64,000 nt of DNA, taken from the NCBI RefSeq assembly GCF_009914755.1, contig NC_060947.1; one strand, 5' to 3'. Below the pieces are notes generated by a model. That model did no database searches and was not told the origin of the DNA. It worked only from the letters and a program-made list of their open reading frames with translations. Numbering within the stretch: position 1 is the first letter of the stretch; each line of letters starts with the position of its first letter. Shown piece after piece: positions 61,761 through 64,000 of the stretch. The position numbers and the translations under genes are program-made. Origin of the DNA: the human T2T-CHM13v2.0 reference genome, Homo sapiens.

Positions 61761-64000
61761 ATCATTAAAATATTTGGAAATAAGTCAATATACAGAAGAG
61801 TTGTGAGAAAAAGAAATAATATAAAACCTTAATGGCAGAAATAAAGAAAAATTTGAATAAATGTAAAGTCATACTGTGTTTCTGAATGTAATGACCAACA
61901 GTATGAACATGACATTTCTTCACAGGTCGATTTATAAATGCAGACAATTCACATGAAGATATCCATTATCTCAAAAATGATACAATAGCAATTGTATATG
62001 ACAGTCCTAGAAAAGCAAAAGTCTAAAACAATTACCAAATGCTAGAATGTATTATAAGCTAACACTAGTTAAAATAGCAGAATTCTGATGCAAATAAAAA
62101 AATCAGTAAATGGGACCTTGAGACCAGGGAAAAGCCCTAGTAAATGTAAGAATTGAATGTTTGATGTACAAAGCATAACTAAACAATGGGGAAAACACTC
62201 ATTATTTAATAAATTCACGTGAGGTAACTGGTCATGGATATGGTGAGGAATTAACATAAGCTTTTATCTCTTACCATATATAACAATTCTTTCTACATAA
62301 GCTAAAAACTTAAATATTTAAAGAAAAATTTAAAAACTAGAAGGAACAGACTAACCATGAGACTAGACTGTTTAAATCAACTATGGGGATTTTTTTAAGT
62401 TTTGAAATAATAGAAAACATTACGAAGACTGGTCAGAGAGTACAACATAATACAACAATGTAAAATCAGGATCAAAACTGAGATTAAATGGTGGAAATGC
62501 TTAGGACGGTCAGAGATAAATTAATATCATCTAAAGTGTATTCAGAAGTACTACAAATCTAGAAGATCCCCAAGATCCCAAGGGACAAATGGTCAAAGAA
62601 CATCATCACGCTAAAAGAAATATATATAGTTCAAAGTAGGAAGCACCATTTGATACTAATTCAATTGCCCAAACTAACAGTTTACAAAACCCAATACTAT
62701 ACAGGCTCTGGAAGAAAAGACTTATTCAAGTTGCTAATAGCATTGCAAAAAGAGTCAAGAATTATAAAAATGTTCACAGTCTTGGACCCAGGGAGTCTAA
62801 TCCTGCAAATTATCCTAAACCAATAATTCAAATGAAGAAAAAAAGCAACCTTAGTTTGAACACAAAAATAATCCTTAAAATAACCTAAATATTAAAAAAT
62901 AATAGAATGCTTAAGCTATTTACTATATACTAATTCAATAAAATTATTTGAATTCTGTAATAAAAAACCCAGAAAATTGCATAAAATAATATTAGTAAAA
63001 GATTAAAATGCAAAATTATATTTTTCACTTTGATTGCATCCAGGCATATTCATTTGCTTTTTTAAAAAGTTAAAAGGGGATATTATTTTATTTATTTTAT
63101 TATTTTGGCATTCTGTCTAACAAAACATTACTGAATTGGAGAAATAAATAATTCAATGGGAGAATCAGACCTCTATTTCAAATGAACTATTTCTATTTAT
63201 TTCACCTCGTGCCATTTCTTTTTCTCTTCCTCTGCATCTATCAACATCTGTTATTTTACCCTCTATGAATATTTTTTCTGGCACTTTGTCTCTTTCTTCA
63301 TTTCTCCCTATTCAAACTGTATTTCTTTTTTTCTTTTATCACCTCTTTTTCTACACCTTTTTTCCCCCTTTTATCCTTCTTAGCTTTTTTTTCTGCCTCT
63401 GTTCTTGGAATGGTTAAAATGTGGAACAGGAATGTATTTTATTTGTTTTATCTGTTGAATAAAACATTGCTTTTGTTCATTTTTAAAGTGAATGAGCTGA
63501 ATTCATTATTTTTAAATTCTGTTATAAAGGGCACTCAAATTGAATTCTCTTTTAATTATTTATGCATGGGCAAGGCCAAATCAAAAGCTTCTTCAAGGCC
63601 CTAAACTATGTCAAGTGGAAAGTACTACATATCAAAATTCCATTAGATTTATCATCACAGGAAGAACAATGAACACAAACATGAAAGATTTATATTTGTA
63701 TGTACGGGAAACTCTGCTATGCCAATTTTTGAGTTTTCAACTATCTACCTCTTAATTATGCTAAAACATGCTTTTAACTCTCATGAGATATGTTGATGCA
63801 ATAATTATCATCTCGTATTTTGCATTCAAGATATTGTGAATGTAGTATCAGTATGAATGGGTGCCTTTAATCATGGAACCTGAGATGAAACTGAATGGCA
63901 ATGCACAAATGCAGAGAACGGGCAAGAAGCTAAAAAATAGCTATTGGTGGTACAGTGACCTTGGGCAAGTTATTCTCTCTCAGCTTCCTCACAAATAAAA

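Larger units (their letters stand above)
60930..63050 (+). mobile_element. Highly decayed L1M (L1ME-like) ORF2/3' remnants with nested insertions
   Basis: ORF2-like motifs gcatttaataaaatctaactcc, tatacctagaaaatcc, gaaataaagaaaaatttgaataaatg and ttatttaataaa..gtgaggtaactgg. Confidence 0.6.

Overview
Primate (most likely human, Xq) genomic DNA covering the 5' part of MBNL3, muscleblind-like splicing regulator 3, on the minus strand. The only real protein-coding sequence is the first coding exon (CDS 6284..6108, 59 codons, CCCH zinc finger 1 and the start of finger 2), inside an 880-nt exon (6987..6108) with a long uORF-containing leader. A CpG-island promoter at about 55.5-56.9 kb has two or three candidate alternative first exons. 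The ~49-kb first intron and the flanks contain a decayed full-length L1PA (same sense as MBNL3), seven Alus or Alu fragments (all on +), older L1M/L2/MIR pieces, an MST LTR and small DNA transposons. The other ORFs in the track are L1 or Alu remnants, GC-rich CpG-island frames or noise. I found no new multi-gene system. The best unexplained signals are an ancient L1MA-mediated 3' transduction bracketed by a 16-bp TSD, a CTCF site with its upstream motif, a predicted translatable exon-2 circRNA, and a YGCY-rich, uORF-bearing first exon suggesting autoregulation. Repeat subfamily names come from recalled consensus sequences, not from a RepeatMasker run.
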